A DNA stretch of 64,000 bases from Candidatus Woesearchaeota archaeon (GCA_043812195.1 JBDRML010000016.1:32001-96000); one strand, 5' to 3'; shown: positions 20,001 through 30,537, counted from the stretch's first letter. A program made the numbers and translations. The notes: a model not told the origin generated them from the letters alone.

Positions 20001-21112
20001 TCAAAATCATCATAAGAAGCAAGCTGGTCTTTATTAACATTATGCTTCAATTTTCTACCAATAACTTCTTCATATTTATTTGCTGTAATTCCCCTAGCAT
20101 CTGCTCTTTTCATAACTAAATGAGCCTCATTCAAAACAGTCCCAGCAACCAATCCATCTCTAAAAACAACAGATTTTTGTACAACTGGTTTAATAGTAAT
20201 TTCTCTTTCACAAGGTTTTTTTTCAAAAGATCCAGCAATCAAATCAAAATATTTCGCACCAATTTTCTCTTTAAGATAATCTACTCTTTTATTAATTGGT
20301 ATCTTTTCCATCTCCTTTATTTCTTGGATCATTTCTTTCAGTTGGTCTACTGATAATGACGCTTTATGATCTGGGCCATATGCCATTCTATCATACGTAA
20401 AATGTTTTTCAATAAGCTGCGCACCTAATGCAACTGCAACTAAAGAAACATGTATTCCAATTGTATGATCAGAATACCCAAATAAAGTTCCTAATTCATC
20501 TTTCATAGTTAACATAGCATTTATGTTAGAATCTTCATAACGAGCAGGATAATCGGTAGTACAATGTAAAAATATAACATCTTTATTACCTTGGCTATAT
20601 ATTGCTTCTTGAGCAGCTTTAATCTCTTTGATATTTCCCATACCTGTAGAGACAACTAATGGTTTCCCTAAAGATGCTAAAAATTTCAAATAAGAAATAT
20701 TAGTTAATTCCCCAGAACCAACTTTAATAGCAGGAACCTTAGTTTCATTTACTAAAAACCTAGCACTCTTTTCCTCATCAGGAGTTGACATAAAAATTAT
20801 TCCTTTTTCATCACAATATTTTTTTAATCCAACAAAATCATCATAACTTAATTCTAATTTTTTAATCATATCAAACTGAGTTTCACCAGCACCCGTCTGT
20901 TCCTCTTGATAAGAAGCCTTAGCTGTATCTGGTAAACAAAGTTCTTCAGTTATCCATGTTTGAAACTTAACAGCATCAGCGCCAGCATCTTTAGCAATAT
21001 CTATTAACTGTTTAGCCTTCTCAACATCTGCATCATGGCAAACTCCAGCCTCAGCAATTATAAAAACAGGATTTCCAGGACCTATTTTTTTCCCAGTTAT
21101 GTTTAACTCCAT
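19997..21112 (-). CDS. neuB: Nonulosonic acid synthase with C-terminal SAF domain
   Basis: IIAEAGVCH, DAVKFQT, STGM, GYSDHT, IEKHFT and GPDH motifs; ATG at 21112. Confidence 0.93.
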   Translation of the reverse strand: MELNITGKKIGPGNPVFIIAEAGVCHDADVEKAKQLIDIAKDAGADAVKFQTWITEELCLPDTAKASYQEEQTGAGETQFDMIKKLELSYDDFVGLKKYCDEKGIIFMSTPDEEKSARFLVNETKVPAIKVGSGELTNISYLKFLASLGKPLVVSTGMGNIKEIKAAQEAIYSQGNKDVIFLHCTTDYPARYEDSNINAMLTMKDELGTLFGYSDHTIGIHVSLVAVALGAQLIEKHFTYDRMAYGPDHKASLSVDQLKEMIQEIKEMEKIPINKRVDYLKEKIGAKYFDLIAGSFEKKPCEREITIKPVVQKSVVFRDGLVAGTVLNEAHLVMKRADARGITANKYEEVIGRKLKHNVNKDQLASYDDFE

Positions 21113-21181
21113 TAAATATAGAAACAAATAACTCCTTATAAAAATTATGTAAAGATGTTCTAAAACTAACAAAAATAATAC

Positions 21182-21940
21182 TCAAAGAGCAATAGAATAT
21201 CCACAATCTACTAGAATATTTTGTCCAGTTATTGCACTACTTCTATCAGAAAGCAAAAATAAAACAGAGTCAGCAACTTCCTCAGGCCTAACACCTCTGT
21301 GCAAAGGAGCCCTTTCATTAAAACGATCAATCAAATCCTTCTTCTCTTTACTACTAGAACAAGCTTCTAAAACCTTACGTGTTTCAACATTTCCAGGAGA
21401 GACCGTATTAACCCTTATTCTTTTCTCTCCAAAAGTATTTGCATAAGCTCGAGTCATAGCTCCAAGACCTCCTTTAGAAATTGCATATAAAACAGTATTA
21501 GGATTTTGCATATCTGCATTAATAGAACTTATGTTAACAATAGATCCACCTTCAGACATTTTAGGATACAATAATTCTATCAAATTGAATGGTGCTCTAG
21601 TGTTCACTGAAATAACTCTATCAAAAGATTCAATAGATCTTCCACCATGAGAGTCATCCTTTCCTAAAATAGCAGCATTATTCACTAAGCCATAAATAGT
21701 ATCAAATCTATCACTATCAAAAATTTCTTTCATTCTATCAAAATCAGAAACATCGCCTTGAAAATAATCAATTTTTTGGTGAGGAACCAATAAATTACTA
21801 AGTTCTGATTTATCAAATTCCAAAGAATCTATTCCAATAACATAAGCATTTTCTTGCACCAATTCACTAGAGATTATTGCACCTATTCCACTTCCAGCAC
21901 CAGTAACTACAACCTTTTTTCCTTTTAAATTTAAATTCAT
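21182..21940 (-). CDS. SDR family oxidoreductase
   Basis: TGAGSGIG, NNAA and YAISK motifs. Confidence 0.88.
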   Translation of the reverse strand: MNLNLKGKKVVVTGAGSGIGAIISSELVQENAYVIGIDSLEFDKSELSNLLVPHQKIDYFQGDVSDFDRMKEIFDSDRFDTIYGLVNNAAILGKDDSHGGRSIESFDRVISVNTRAPFNLIELLYPKMSEGGSIVNISSINADMQNPNTVLYAISKGGLGAMTRAYANTFGEKRIRVNTVSPGNVETRKVLEACSSSKEKKDLIDRFNERAPLHRGVRPEEVADSVLFLLSDRSSAITGQNILVDCGYSIAL

Positions 21941-21941
21941 T

Positions 21942-22694
21942 TTAAAATAATCTCTCAATAACTTTATGTTCAAGCCCATTTAACCCCTCTTGAACCCTTG
22001 GTTCTTTTAAGGGAAGCATCCATAATCTACCATTATTCACATGTTCATTATTTTCATCCAACATAGGAAACTTAGCTATATATTTTAAACCTACTAACTC
22101 TTGCATTTTTTCTGCAAATTTAGTAGATGCTAAATCATCAGACTCTATAGAAGTATATGTAGTAATATGTTCAGCACCTTCTTGTTCAGAAAGCCTCACT
22201 GCAGCCAAATAAGCAAATGTTCCAAATCCTTTTCTTCTTACACTCTCCAAAAAAGCCATTTCCCAACAATGTGCTTGATTAGACCATTCTCCATGAATCT
22301 CTAATTCAGAATCTCCATTTTTATCTTTTCCAGCCTTATAATGATAACCATCTGTAGGTTTAGCATGAACCCTAACACCCACAATCTCATCATTAGAATC
22401 ATAACACATTACAACACTATTTCCTACTTTATCTTCAAACTCCCTACTCCTAATATAAAACTCGTCTCTTAAATGAACATCTCCTCTTCTAACTAAATCA
22501 ATAACACGTTTAGGCAAGGGATTCCCTTCACAATCAGTCAAATCCATTTCAGTAATTACACAATTATAAAGAGTGTCATTATAAACGTTCTTAGACAATC
22601 TCAAAAGATCATTAGCAAGCCCATCAACACTACCTTGTCTAAAAACATGACCATCTTTGGTAGGTTGGCCCAAATAATCTAAAACTTTTTTCAT
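21942..22694 (-). CDS. Putative GNAT-fold protein
   Basis: VRRKGFGT acetyl-CoA-binding-like motif. Confidence 0.5.
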   Translation of the reverse strand: MKKVLDYLGQPTKDGHVFRQGSVDGLANDLLRLSKNVYNDTLYNCVITEMDLTDCEGNPLPKRVIDLVRRGDVHLRDEFYIRSREFEDKVGNSVVMCYDSNDEIVGVRVHAKPTDGYHYKAGKDKNGDSELEIHGEWSNQAHCWEMAFLESVRRKGFGTFAYLAAVRLSEQEGAEHITTYTSIESDDLASTKFAEKMQELVGLKYIAKFPMLDENNEHVNNGRLWMLPLKEPRVQEGLNGLEHKVIERLF

Positions 22695-22815
22695 AATTTA
22701 AAGAAATTTACAACCGTTTTTAAAGCTTATGGTGGCATTTTAAAGTGTATAAAAACCGAACATATAGTCTTTAATTACACATTATTTATAAACAAAACCA
22801 CTTTTCCAAAAATGA

Positions 22816-23922
22816 ATGATACCAATTACAAAACCAACATTACCAAAATATGAAGAGGTAGAAAAAGAGCTAAGAAATATAATTGAAAGTGGCATGATTA
22901 CAAATGCCAAATATGTAAGAGAATTAGAAAAAAATGCAGCAGAATATATTCAAATCCCAGACACTGCGGCACTCTCATCATGCACATCTGGTTTAATCCT
23001 AACACAAAAACTATTAAATCTAAAAGGAGAAGTAATACTTCCAAGTTTCACATTTCATGCAACTGCACATTCATTAGTTTGGAACAATTTAAAACCTAAA
23101 TTCGTAGACATAGAAGAAAATCACTACAATATAGATCCACAAAAAGTAAATGAAGCCATAACTCCAAACACATCAGCAATTCTAGCAGTACACATGTTTG
23201 GTCATCCAGCAGATACAAAAGCACTTCAAGAAATAGCAAAAGATAACAACTTAAAATTAATTTTTGATGCTGCACACGCCTTCGGCTCTAAAATAAACAA
23301 TTTAAACATAGGTAGATTTGGAGATGCAGAGGTCTTCAGTCTATCACCAACAAAATTATTAACCGCAGGTGAAGGAGGAATAGTATCTTCCAATAATAAA
23401 GTGTTAATAAAAAAATTAAAAATAGCAAGAAATTACGGAGATGATGGAAGTTATAATTGTGAATATTCTGGATTAAATGCAAGAATGTCTGAATTAAATG
23501 GAATTTTAGGCATTAAAACATTACAACAATTAGACCAAAATATAGAAAATAGAAACAAGCTAGCAGAATTCTACAAACAAAAATTATCAAAATTAAAGAT
23601 AGGTTTTCAAAAAATAGCTCCAAATGTAAAAACTACTTACAAAGATTTCTCTTTATATATTAACCCAGAAGAAATAGGCATTAACAGAGATGAATTATGT
23701 AATCAATTGGAAAAGAAAGGGATTATATCTAAAAAATACTTTTACCCTCCAGTCCACAAACAAACAGCATTTAAAGAATTCAACAATTTAAGGTATCCAA
23801 TTACAGAAAAAGTTTCCACAAACGTTTTAAGTGTACCACTTTACTCCCACATGAAAAAAACAGAGGTAGAAAAGGTGTGTGATGCTATTTCTACTATAAT
23901 TCAAGAAAATGGAAGAAAATAA
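22816..23922 (+). CDS. DegT/DnrJ/EryC1/StrS sugar aminotransferase
   Basis: SCTSGL, FDAAHA, SLSPTK and GEGG motifs. Confidence 0.92.
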   Translation: MIPITKPTLPKYEEVEKELRNIIESGMITNAKYVRELEKNAAEYIQIPDTAALSSCTSGLILTQKLLNLKGEVILPSFTFHATAHSLVWNNLKPKFVDIEENHYNIDPQKVNEAITPNTSAILAVHMFGHPADTKALQEIAKDNNLKLIFDAAHAFGSKINNLNIGRFGDAEVFSLSPTKLLTAGEGGIVSSNNKVLIKKLKIARNYGDDGSYNCEYSGLNARMSELNGILGIKTLQQLDQNIENRNKLAEFYKQKLSKLKIGFQKIAPNVKTTYKDFSLYINPEEIGINRDELCNQLEKKGIISKKYFYPPVHKQTAFKEFNNLRYPITEKVSTNVLSVPLYSHMKKTEVEKVCDAISTIIQENGRK

Positions 23923-25330
23923 CAAGATAGACATGATACTTATACAAGAAAATGCAACTTTAAGAGATGTAATGAACAATATTGATAATTCTGGATTAGG
24001 CATATGCATAATAATAAACAATGAAAAGAAAATAAAGGGAATATTATCTGATGGAGATATAAGAAGAGCAATTCTAACAGGACACTCAATAGAAGATTCC
24101 GCATCTAAAATAATGAATAAAAATCCAACTATAGTTACAGGAAACTTCTCACTAAAAGAATTAGAAAAAACAATAAAAGAAAAAAAAATAAACGGAAAAA
24201 TACCAATAATAGATGAAGATGGGAAAATTATAGATTTAGCAATAATACCAGAACAAAAAATTAGATTCTTATCAAAACATAACGTAGCTGAAATGCCAAT
24301 GAAAAAAATACTGATCACAGGTGGTGCCGGTTATTTAGGATCAATCCTTTGTAGAAAGTTGTTAGAAAGGGGTTATGAAGTAAGAGTTTTAGACAATTTA
24401 ACATATGGAGATGATTCAATAAAAGATCTTTATGATAATCCAAATTTCGAACTAAAAATAGGAGACATTAGGCATATTGAAAACATAAGTAAAAATATAC
24501 AAGACGTAAATGCAGTTGTTCATTTAGCAGGCATAGTAGGAGATCCTGCATGTGGGTTAGATCCACAACAAACCATAGAACAAAATCTTTTAGCAACTAT
24601 GGCATTAGCACAAACTTGCAAGCATTTCCAAGTAAACAGATTTTTATTCGCATCAAGCTGTTCAGTTTACGGAGAAAATAATGATGTTCTTACAGAAGAA
24701 TCAAAATTAAATCCAATATCAGTTTATGGAAAAGATAAAATAGAAAGTGAAAAAGCTATCTTAAATTTAGCAAATGAAAACTTTTCCCCAACAATACTAA
24801 GAATGGGAACACTATATGGTCCTTCTTATAGGATGAGATTTGATTTAGTATTGAACACAATAACTACATTAGCAATAAAAGAAGGAAAATTCTGCATATT
24901 CGGTGGAAACCAATGGAGACCTATGTTACATGTAAACGATGCGGCAGATGCTTACATAAAAGTTCTTGAAGCCCCGCTAAACAAAATAGGAAGAGAAATA
25001 TTTAATATTGGTTCTGACGAAGGAAACCACAAAATCATAGATATTGGGAAAAAAGTAAAAGAAATTATTCCAGAAGCAATAATGGAAATAAATGCAGAAG
25101 AAGTAGACGAAAGAAACTATAGAGTAAGTTTCAAAAAACTAAGAGAAACTCTAAGTTTTGAACCAAAAAAAACTATAAAAGATGGAATAATTGAAATTAA
25201 AACTATGACAGAAAGAGGAGAACATATAGACTTCAGAAATCCAAAATATAATAATTATATTTTTCTTAAAAATAAAAATTTAAAAGAATATAGGAGTAAT
25301 ATAAACTTCCAAGAAAGCAGCAAACAATAG
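23909..25330 (+). CDS. CBS-domain plus NAD-dependent epimerase/dehydratase fusion
   Basis: N-terminal GILSDGDIRR CBS pair; then TGGAGYLG, SSCSVYG and YGKDK. Confidence 0.85.
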   Translation: MEENNKIDMILIQENATLRDVMNNIDNSGLGICIIINNEKKIKGILSDGDIRRAILTGHSIEDSASKIMNKNPTIVTGNFSLKELEKTIKEKKINGKIPIIDEDGKIIDLAIIPEQKIRFLSKHNVAEMPMKKILITGGAGYLGSILCRKLLERGYEVRVLDNLTYGDDSIKDLYDNPNFELKIGDIRHIENISKNIQDVNAVVHLAGIVGDPACGLDPQQTIEQNLLATMALAQTCKHFQVNRFLFASSCSVYGENNDVLTEESKLNPISVYGKDKIESEKAILNLANENFSPTILRMGTLYGPSYRMRFDLVLNTITTLAIKEGKFCIFGGNQWRPMLHVNDAADAYIKVLEAPLNKIGREIFNIGSDEGNHKIIDIGKKVKEIIPEAIMEINAEEVDERNYRVSFKKLRETLSFEPKKTIKDGIIEIKTMTERGEHIDFRNPKYNNYIFLKNKNLKEYRSNINFQESSKQ

Positions 25331-26128
25331 CATCGCCACAGCAATCAAAACTAAATCAATAGCATCTATCATTATATTCTTAAATCTGCCAGTTTCTAAA
25401 TCCTTATTTATCATAGCAACAGAAATTATTCCGCCAGCTAATCCACCAACAAAATAAGCAGCAATCTCTGGAACACCATGAATAATATATCTCAATAACC
25501 CTAAAGAAAAAGCATGGAAATAACTAACAGCTCCAACACCACCAGCAGCTGCCCACATAGCTAACTTATCTTTAATGAAACTACCCATCGCAGCAGATAT
25601 CACAGAAGCATTCCAAGTCAAAATAAATATAGCTCCAGCTCCAAAAAAGAACGCAAAGAATAATGAAAATAATAAGACTTTAAAATTATTCAAAAATATA
25701 TGTAAAAAAATAGCGCCAGAACCAACAGCATCACCAACAATTTTACTATTAATCGCGCCAATAGTTTCTAATTGACTAGAAAATAAAGATTGAACTATAG
25801 TTGTAGGCAACACAACAAACCATACTGCAAATGCCAATAAAAACCCAACAAACATAAACAATAAATAACGCAAAGTCTTTCCATGATGGCTCAATAAATC
25901 TACTTGATCTTTAGACTTAGCAGCCTCTTCCTCTTCAGATTTCATAGATTTGTACATTAAAGGAACACTAACTAAAACAGTCAACAAAACCATAATTAAA
26001 CTAGAATAAGCTCTAAATATCCATGTAGCCAAAAACACAGCCACAGTAGCATATAAAAAACCTATAAACAAAAGTTCCCAAGGTCTTTTTATTGCCCTTA
26101 TCGGCGTTGACAAAGATTCTAAAGCCAT
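25280..26128 (-). CDS. Stage II sporulation protein M (DUF95) family membrane protein
   Basis: IFLNN, LTWNASV, HGVPEI and AAFLEVYITP motifs. Confidence 0.8.
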   Translation of the reverse strand: MALESLSTPIRAIKRPWELLFIGFLYATVAVFLATWIFRAYSSLIMVLLTVLVSVPLMYKSMKSEEEEAAKSKDQVDLLSHHGKTLRYLLFMFVGFLLAFAVWFVVLPTTIVQSLFSSQLETIGAINSKIVGDAVGSGAIFLHIFLNNFKVLLFSLFFAFFFGAGAIFILTWNASVISAAMGSFIKDKLAMWAAAGGVGAVSYFHAFSLGLLRYIIHGVPEIAAYFVGGLAGGIISVAMINKDLETGRFKNIMIDAIDLVLIAVAMLLFAAFLEVYITPIFF

Positions 26129-26161
26129 AACTAAAAGTACTCTACTTTATTTATATAGCTT

Positions 26162-26533
26162 TTGGAAAACAATATAACTTTAGAGGTTTTTACATCAAAA
26201 AAACAAACAAATATTACAAATGATGGTGAAAGGGAATTCGATTTAATAGAACAATCAATTTCTGTTAAAAGTGACTTTTCTAGTTTAGAAAGTTTCAACT
26301 TAGACAATAAAAAATATTATATGCAATATGTTGGTAAAAACTTGCTTGGAGCACATTTAATTAGAATAGCAACTACAAAAAATAGAAAATATCCAGACTT
26401 AAACAAAAAAACTGCAGTTTTACAACCAAGCTTAAATGAAGGTAGTTTTGAATTAGATGGATACACAGTAGACTACAATATTAAAGAAGGTAAAAGAAGA
26501 AGCGCTAAGATATATTTGAATAAAGCTAAATAA
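26162..26533 (+). CDS. Hypothetical protein
   Basis: 123-aa ORF with TTG start filling the intergenic space. Confidence 0.5.
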   Translation: MENNITLEVFTSKKQTNITNDGEREFDLIEQSISVKSDFSSLESFNLDNKKYYMQYVGKNLLGAHLIRIATTKNRKYPDLNKKTAVLQPSLNEGSFELDGYTVDYNIKEGKRRSAKIYLNKAK

Positions 26534-26563
26534 TACAAACAACAATATTTTTCTTTTTTATTT

Positions 26564-27598
26564 TTAATTTAATAATTCTTTCTGACTAATATGTATATTC
26601 TTTTCTTCATATATCTTGTATATAACTAATAATATAGATAAAATCAAAGGACCAACTATAATTCCAACCATTCCAAATAAAGATATTCCTCCAACTATCC
26701 CTAACAAAATTATTACTGGATCTATTTTGGATCTTTTTCCTATAAAAATAGGTTTAAGGAAAGTATCTACATAAGTCAACAAAATTCCAGAATAAATTAT
26801 CAAAAGAATCCCATTTGTTACTTGGTTATTAATTAAAAGATATATAGCAGCAAATGGCCATACTAATAAAGGTCCAACAACAGGAATCATTGCAAACAAA
26901 GCTATAACAAGTGCCCATATAATTGGATTAGGAACTCCAAATAAAGAAAAACCAATCCACGCTATTACACCTTCTAAAATAGCAATTAAAAATAAGCCCT
27001 TGAACAAACCTTTAATTATGCTATTTATTTCAGAGAATAATTTATCTTTATCCTCTTTTTTCATTGGAAACAATTTCTTAATTTTTGAAATTATTTCAGT
27101 GCCTCTAATTAAAAGAAGATAAATTAGAAAAAACATTATTAAAAGACTAATTGTTCCCTTAGCCAAAAATTCTATTATTTTAGAACTTGATAGCAAGAAG
27201 AACTTTGATACTTCTTCTAAATTTTCCCTTATATGTCTCTCAAAATTTATGTTTAACCCAGTTACTTCTTTAAGAGTTTCTGAAACAGATGTCAACTCTA
27301 AATTATTAGCAGAATTAAAGGTATTTATAGCCTGATTAAATAAAGTATTTGCAAAAAAGATTAGTGGAATTATTATAAAAACAACTATAAGTACTATAAT
27401 AATAAGAGATGATAATCCTTTCTTTTTAATCTTTTTATTTATCCTTAAGTATACTGGATGTAATAATATAGTAAAGATTATTGCCCCTAAAAGAGCTGGC
27501 AACAAAGGTTCTATTACTTTATATGATAAATATATTAGTAATAATACTATTATTAGCAAAATATATCTACTATAATCTTTAAGATTTACTGAAACCAT
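26564..27598 (-). CDS. AI-2E family transporter
   Basis: IPVVGP, DTFLKP and GGISLFGMVGIIVGP motifs. Confidence 0.88.
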   Translation of the reverse strand: MVSVNLKDYSRYILLIIVLLLIYLSYKVIEPLLPALLGAIIFTILLHPVYLRINKKIKKKGLSSLIIIVLIVVFIIIPLIFFANTLFNQAINTFNSANNLELTSVSETLKEVTGLNINFERHIRENLEEVSKFFLLSSSKIIEFLAKGTISLLIMFFLIYLLLIRGTEIISKIKKLFPMKKEDKDKLFSEINSIIKGLFKGLFLIAILEGVIAWIGFSLFGVPNPIIWALVIALFAMIPVVGPLLVWPFAAIYLLINNQVTNGILLIIYSGILLTYVDTFLKPIFIGKRSKIDPVIILLGIVGGISLFGMVGIIVGPLILSILLVIYKIYEEKNIHISQKELLN

Positions 27599-27675
27599 TA
27601 ATAAAATACTCTTGTTTTAGTTTATAAATATTATCATTAGTTAGAATTATTTAAAAATAAAGAAGAAGAAAAAAA

Positions 27676-29685
27676 TTATTTTTTCTTTTTCAACACACTG
27701 AATAATATTATTGCTATTATAACTATCGCAACAATAACTATTATCCATACATAGCCTGTCGTACTTGGCACAGTAGATGTATCTCCAGCCGTAGTTGTAG
27801 TATCTGATTCATCATCACCTGACGTAGTCTGAGTTTCAACAAGACCTGTTATCCTAAAGTCGGCTTCATTATTCACATTTATTCTCAATAATTTAACCAT
27901 GGTATCGTCAATTCCGTTATCATTCAAATCAAATTGTTTTTCCTGTCCGACTGTAAATGTCGATGTAACAGGTGCAGATCTAATTGTTATTGTTGCTGTA
28001 CCAGTAACAGAATCAGCTGAATCTACAGTAATTGAATGTCCAATTCCACTTAATCTAAAGCTATGGCTTTCTCCAGCTCCTAATCCTCTTGCAGTAGTGC
28101 TTCCACCATCTTCTATATCAACTAATTCCTCTGTTTCTGTTTCATCTCCAGTATCACTAGCTCCACCACCAGTATCTGTATCACCACTACCTCCAGACGC
28201 AGCTATCGCAACTGTAATTTGTCTCGTTCCGGATGCTCCTCGTCTTCCAGATTTGTCGTAACAATAAATATACCAATCGACATTTTCACCTTCTAGGTTA
28301 CTATTATCTGTAGTAGTTATTGTGAAATTAACCACAGTATCTGTAATCGTAGTTGTATTAGAAAATAACACATTATTAAGACTTAGTGTACAATTATTCA
28401 CAATACCATTCTCACCCGTCACATCACTAACAACATATATAAAAGTCGTAGAACCATCTATATCAGAATCGCCATCTACTGGAGATAATGAAGTTATATT
28501 TGGATCCCAAGTATCAATAGCAAATGTTCTATTACTCGTCACATTAAACATTGCATTTGAATTGTTATCATAAGCTAAGCAATTCCACTTATATGTAACA
28601 TTAGTTCCATTATCAGTGCTCTGATCACTTGCATTAGTCAAATTAGTGTAACCAGTTATGTTAAATAATTCAGACCAAGTTCCATTTTCTGCTCCGCTAA
28701 CATTAATACTATAATTAAATGCCTGTGCCCCACTAGTAGCATTCCAAACCATAAAGACCATACTTGATATATTAGCTGCACGATTAACACTATTGGGTGT
28801 TGTAGGTGTCGCACTACAATTAAATCCATTAGGACTAGTATTGGTAAACCATGTATCATTGTTAACTCCCGCGTGTGTTGTAGCTATAGTCAAAGTATCA
28901 AAGATAAATGTGCTACTTACATTACTATTACTAGCATTGTCAAAACACTGCACATACCATTCTAATGTATCATCAAAAATATCCAACGATGTAATTGAAA
29001 AATTAGTCATTGATCCGTTTCTATGTGTTGATGTATTAGTTTCATTTATTGCACCATTCAAATACAAACTACAATTCTTCTCAACCCTTACAGCACCAGA
29101 TAAAGCACCTATAGAATCTGATACGTTAAATGAAAATTGGAACGCTCTACTATTAGTAGGTCCACTAAATATTGTTCTGTTCAGTGTATCGCCATGCCAA
29201 TTCATAGTAATGGCTGGAGCTACAGAATCTAAACCAAACGTACGGTTAGATGTATTATAACTATAATTACCATCTTTAAATGCAGCATAACAATTCCATG
29301 ACCAATTAAGTCCTCCATCCATCTCAGTTAAATTTGTAACAGTAAAATTTACAGTTAAAGTTCCATTAACCGCGCTCTCATTACTATAACCATAATCTGC
29401 ACTAGTTGAATTTACTAATACTTGCAAAGCAGTAGAATTTCCACTTGTATTTGTAGTATTCCAAACCAAAAGAGTTATACTAGTAACATTAGTATCTCCT
29501 GTAGCTGTTGCAGAACAATTAAAAGTCATATTATTTCCTGAAGTGGTCCAATAATTATCAGCTGGTGAATTAAAAGTAACAGGCCCTACATCACCCTTAG
29601 CCATAAAAGCCATAACAATAATAATTAAAATATATATAAAGATTCTCCCGTAATTAAAATTTTTCTTCAATAAAAACACCTCCAT
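27676..29685 (-). CDS. Secreted, C-terminally anchored surface glycoprotein
   Basis: Signal peptide, many N-x-S/T sequons, repeated WxCxA/WYVxCxD modules, Thr/Asp linker, TM helix and KKKK tail. Confidence 0.8.
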   Translation of the reverse strand: MEVFLLKKNFNYGRIFIYILIIIVMAFMAKGDVGPVTFNSPADNYWTTSGNNMTFNCSATATGDTNVTSITLLVWNTTNTSGNSTALQVLVNSTSADYGYSNESAVNGTLTVNFTVTNLTEMDGGLNWSWNCYAAFKDGNYSYNTSNRTFGLDSVAPAITMNWHGDTLNRTIFSGPTNSRAFQFSFNVSDSIGALSGAVRVEKNCSLYLNGAINETNTSTHRNGSMTNFSITSLDIFDDTLEWYVQCFDNASNSNVSSTFIFDTLTIATTHAGVNNDTWFTNTSPNGFNCSATPTTPNSVNRAANISSMVFMVWNATSGAQAFNYSINVSGAENGTWSELFNITGYTNLTNASDQSTDNGTNVTYKWNCLAYDNNSNAMFNVTSNRTFAIDTWDPNITSLSPVDGDSDIDGSTTFIYVVSDVTGENGIVNNCTLSLNNVLFSNTTTITDTVVNFTITTTDNSNLEGENVDWYIYCYDKSGRRGASGTRQITVAIAASGGSGDTDTGGGASDTGDETETEELVDIEDGGSTTARGLGAGESHSFRLSGIGHSITVDSADSVTGTATITIRSAPVTSTFTVGQEKQFDLNDNGIDDTMVKLLRINVNNEADFRITGLVETQTTSGDDESDTTTTAGDTSTVPSTTGYVWIIVIVAIVIIAIILFSVLKKKK

Positions 29686-29819
29686 ATTTTTATAGTAGTT
29701 TTTATAATAGTATTATATCCTATTTTTTAGTATCATAATCCTTATATATAAAACTTTTGATTTTTGCAGAATTTTTTTAAATACTTTATTTGTTTGGTAT
29801 AAAATATCAAATAAAAAAA

Positions 29820-29833
29820 ACGCCGCGACTGGG
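29820..29833 (-). repeat. 14-bp copy of the tRNA-Ser 3' end (att-like)
   Basis: acgccgcgactggg is identical to 30537-30550; followed on the minus strand by a T-run. Confidence 0.8.
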
Positions 29834-29923
29834 CTTGAGGAGTTTAGGTAGAAATCCGTATTGTTATTTCTACTTTATTTTTATTACTATTAATTTAAAG
29901 ATATATAAATATTTGTTAACTTC

Positions 29924-29971
29924 GTAACCATTTAGTATGCTTAGGCAAACCCTAAGCAGCTAAACGGTTAC
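29924..29971. repeat. 48-bp imperfect inverted repeat
   Basis: gtaaccatttag-ta-tgcttagg-caaac-cctaagca-g-ctaaacggttac. Confidence 0.8.
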
Positions 29972-30014
29972 CGGAAACAGAAATCTTTAAAAACAATCAT
30001 AATAACACTAAAAT

Positions 30015-30164
30015 ATGGAAACTGTAACAATACCAAAGGAAGAGTATGAATGCTTAAAAGAGAAAGCAGAATTAGATGAAGATTTATTAATTTCATTAGT
30101 CAGAGGTTTAGAAGATATAAAATCCGGCAGAATAAAACCATGGAAAAGCAAAATTAAAGATTAA
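30015..30164 (+). CDS. Small putative antitoxin (49 aa, not in ORF track)
   Basis: METVTIPKEEYECLKEKAELDEDLLISLVRGLEDIKSGRIKPW...; TATA-like TTTAAAAA upstream. Confidence 0.7.
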   Translation: METVTIPKEEYECLKEKAELDEDLLISLVRGLEDIKSGRIKPWKSKIKD

Positions 30165-30465
30165 GTTTTCTTTTGATTTCTTCTTTATAGGTGGGTATTA
30201 AACTTTTTATTTTATCGATTGCTTTTTGTTGATCCCTTTTAGTGCTTATAGCAATTAAAAAAACTACAACATGTTCTTCATAAATTAGATAGTATATTCT
30301 ATGGTTTTTAATTTTCTTCTCTCTGAAGAATTTATAACCTAAAGATCTACCAACGTAGGGATTCATTTCTAATTGTTCAATTTCGTTATCGATCATTATT
30401 TGAAGAGATTTATCTAATCTATCAAAATACTTATCATATTCATCTGTAGTGAATATATTGTACAT
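30154..30465 (-). CDS. RelE/ParE family toxin
   Basis: 103 aa; NPYVGRSL, FREKK, HRIYYLI and KRDQQ pattern. Confidence 0.75.
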   Translation of the reverse strand: MYNIFTTDEYDKYFDRLDKSLQIMIDNEIEQLEMNPYVGRSLGYKFFREKKIKNHRIYYLIYEEHVVVFLIAISTKRDQQKAIDKIKSLIPTYKEEIKRKLNL

Positions 30466-30537
30466 ATGAAATCAGTAATGGCTTATTGTTTTTAAATTAT
30501 TTGATTTCAGTGGTGGGATTTCGACCTAAACATAGGA

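Noticed and set aside
20230-20320. In-frame intron explaining an apparent insertion of about 20 aa in NeuB
   Set aside because: No BHB pairing visible by eye; the segment reads as ordinary protein.
2064-25330. Convergent 3' overlaps of about 50 bp (2064-2117 and 25280-25330)
   Set aside because: Typical of compact AT-rich genomes; no additional structure seen.
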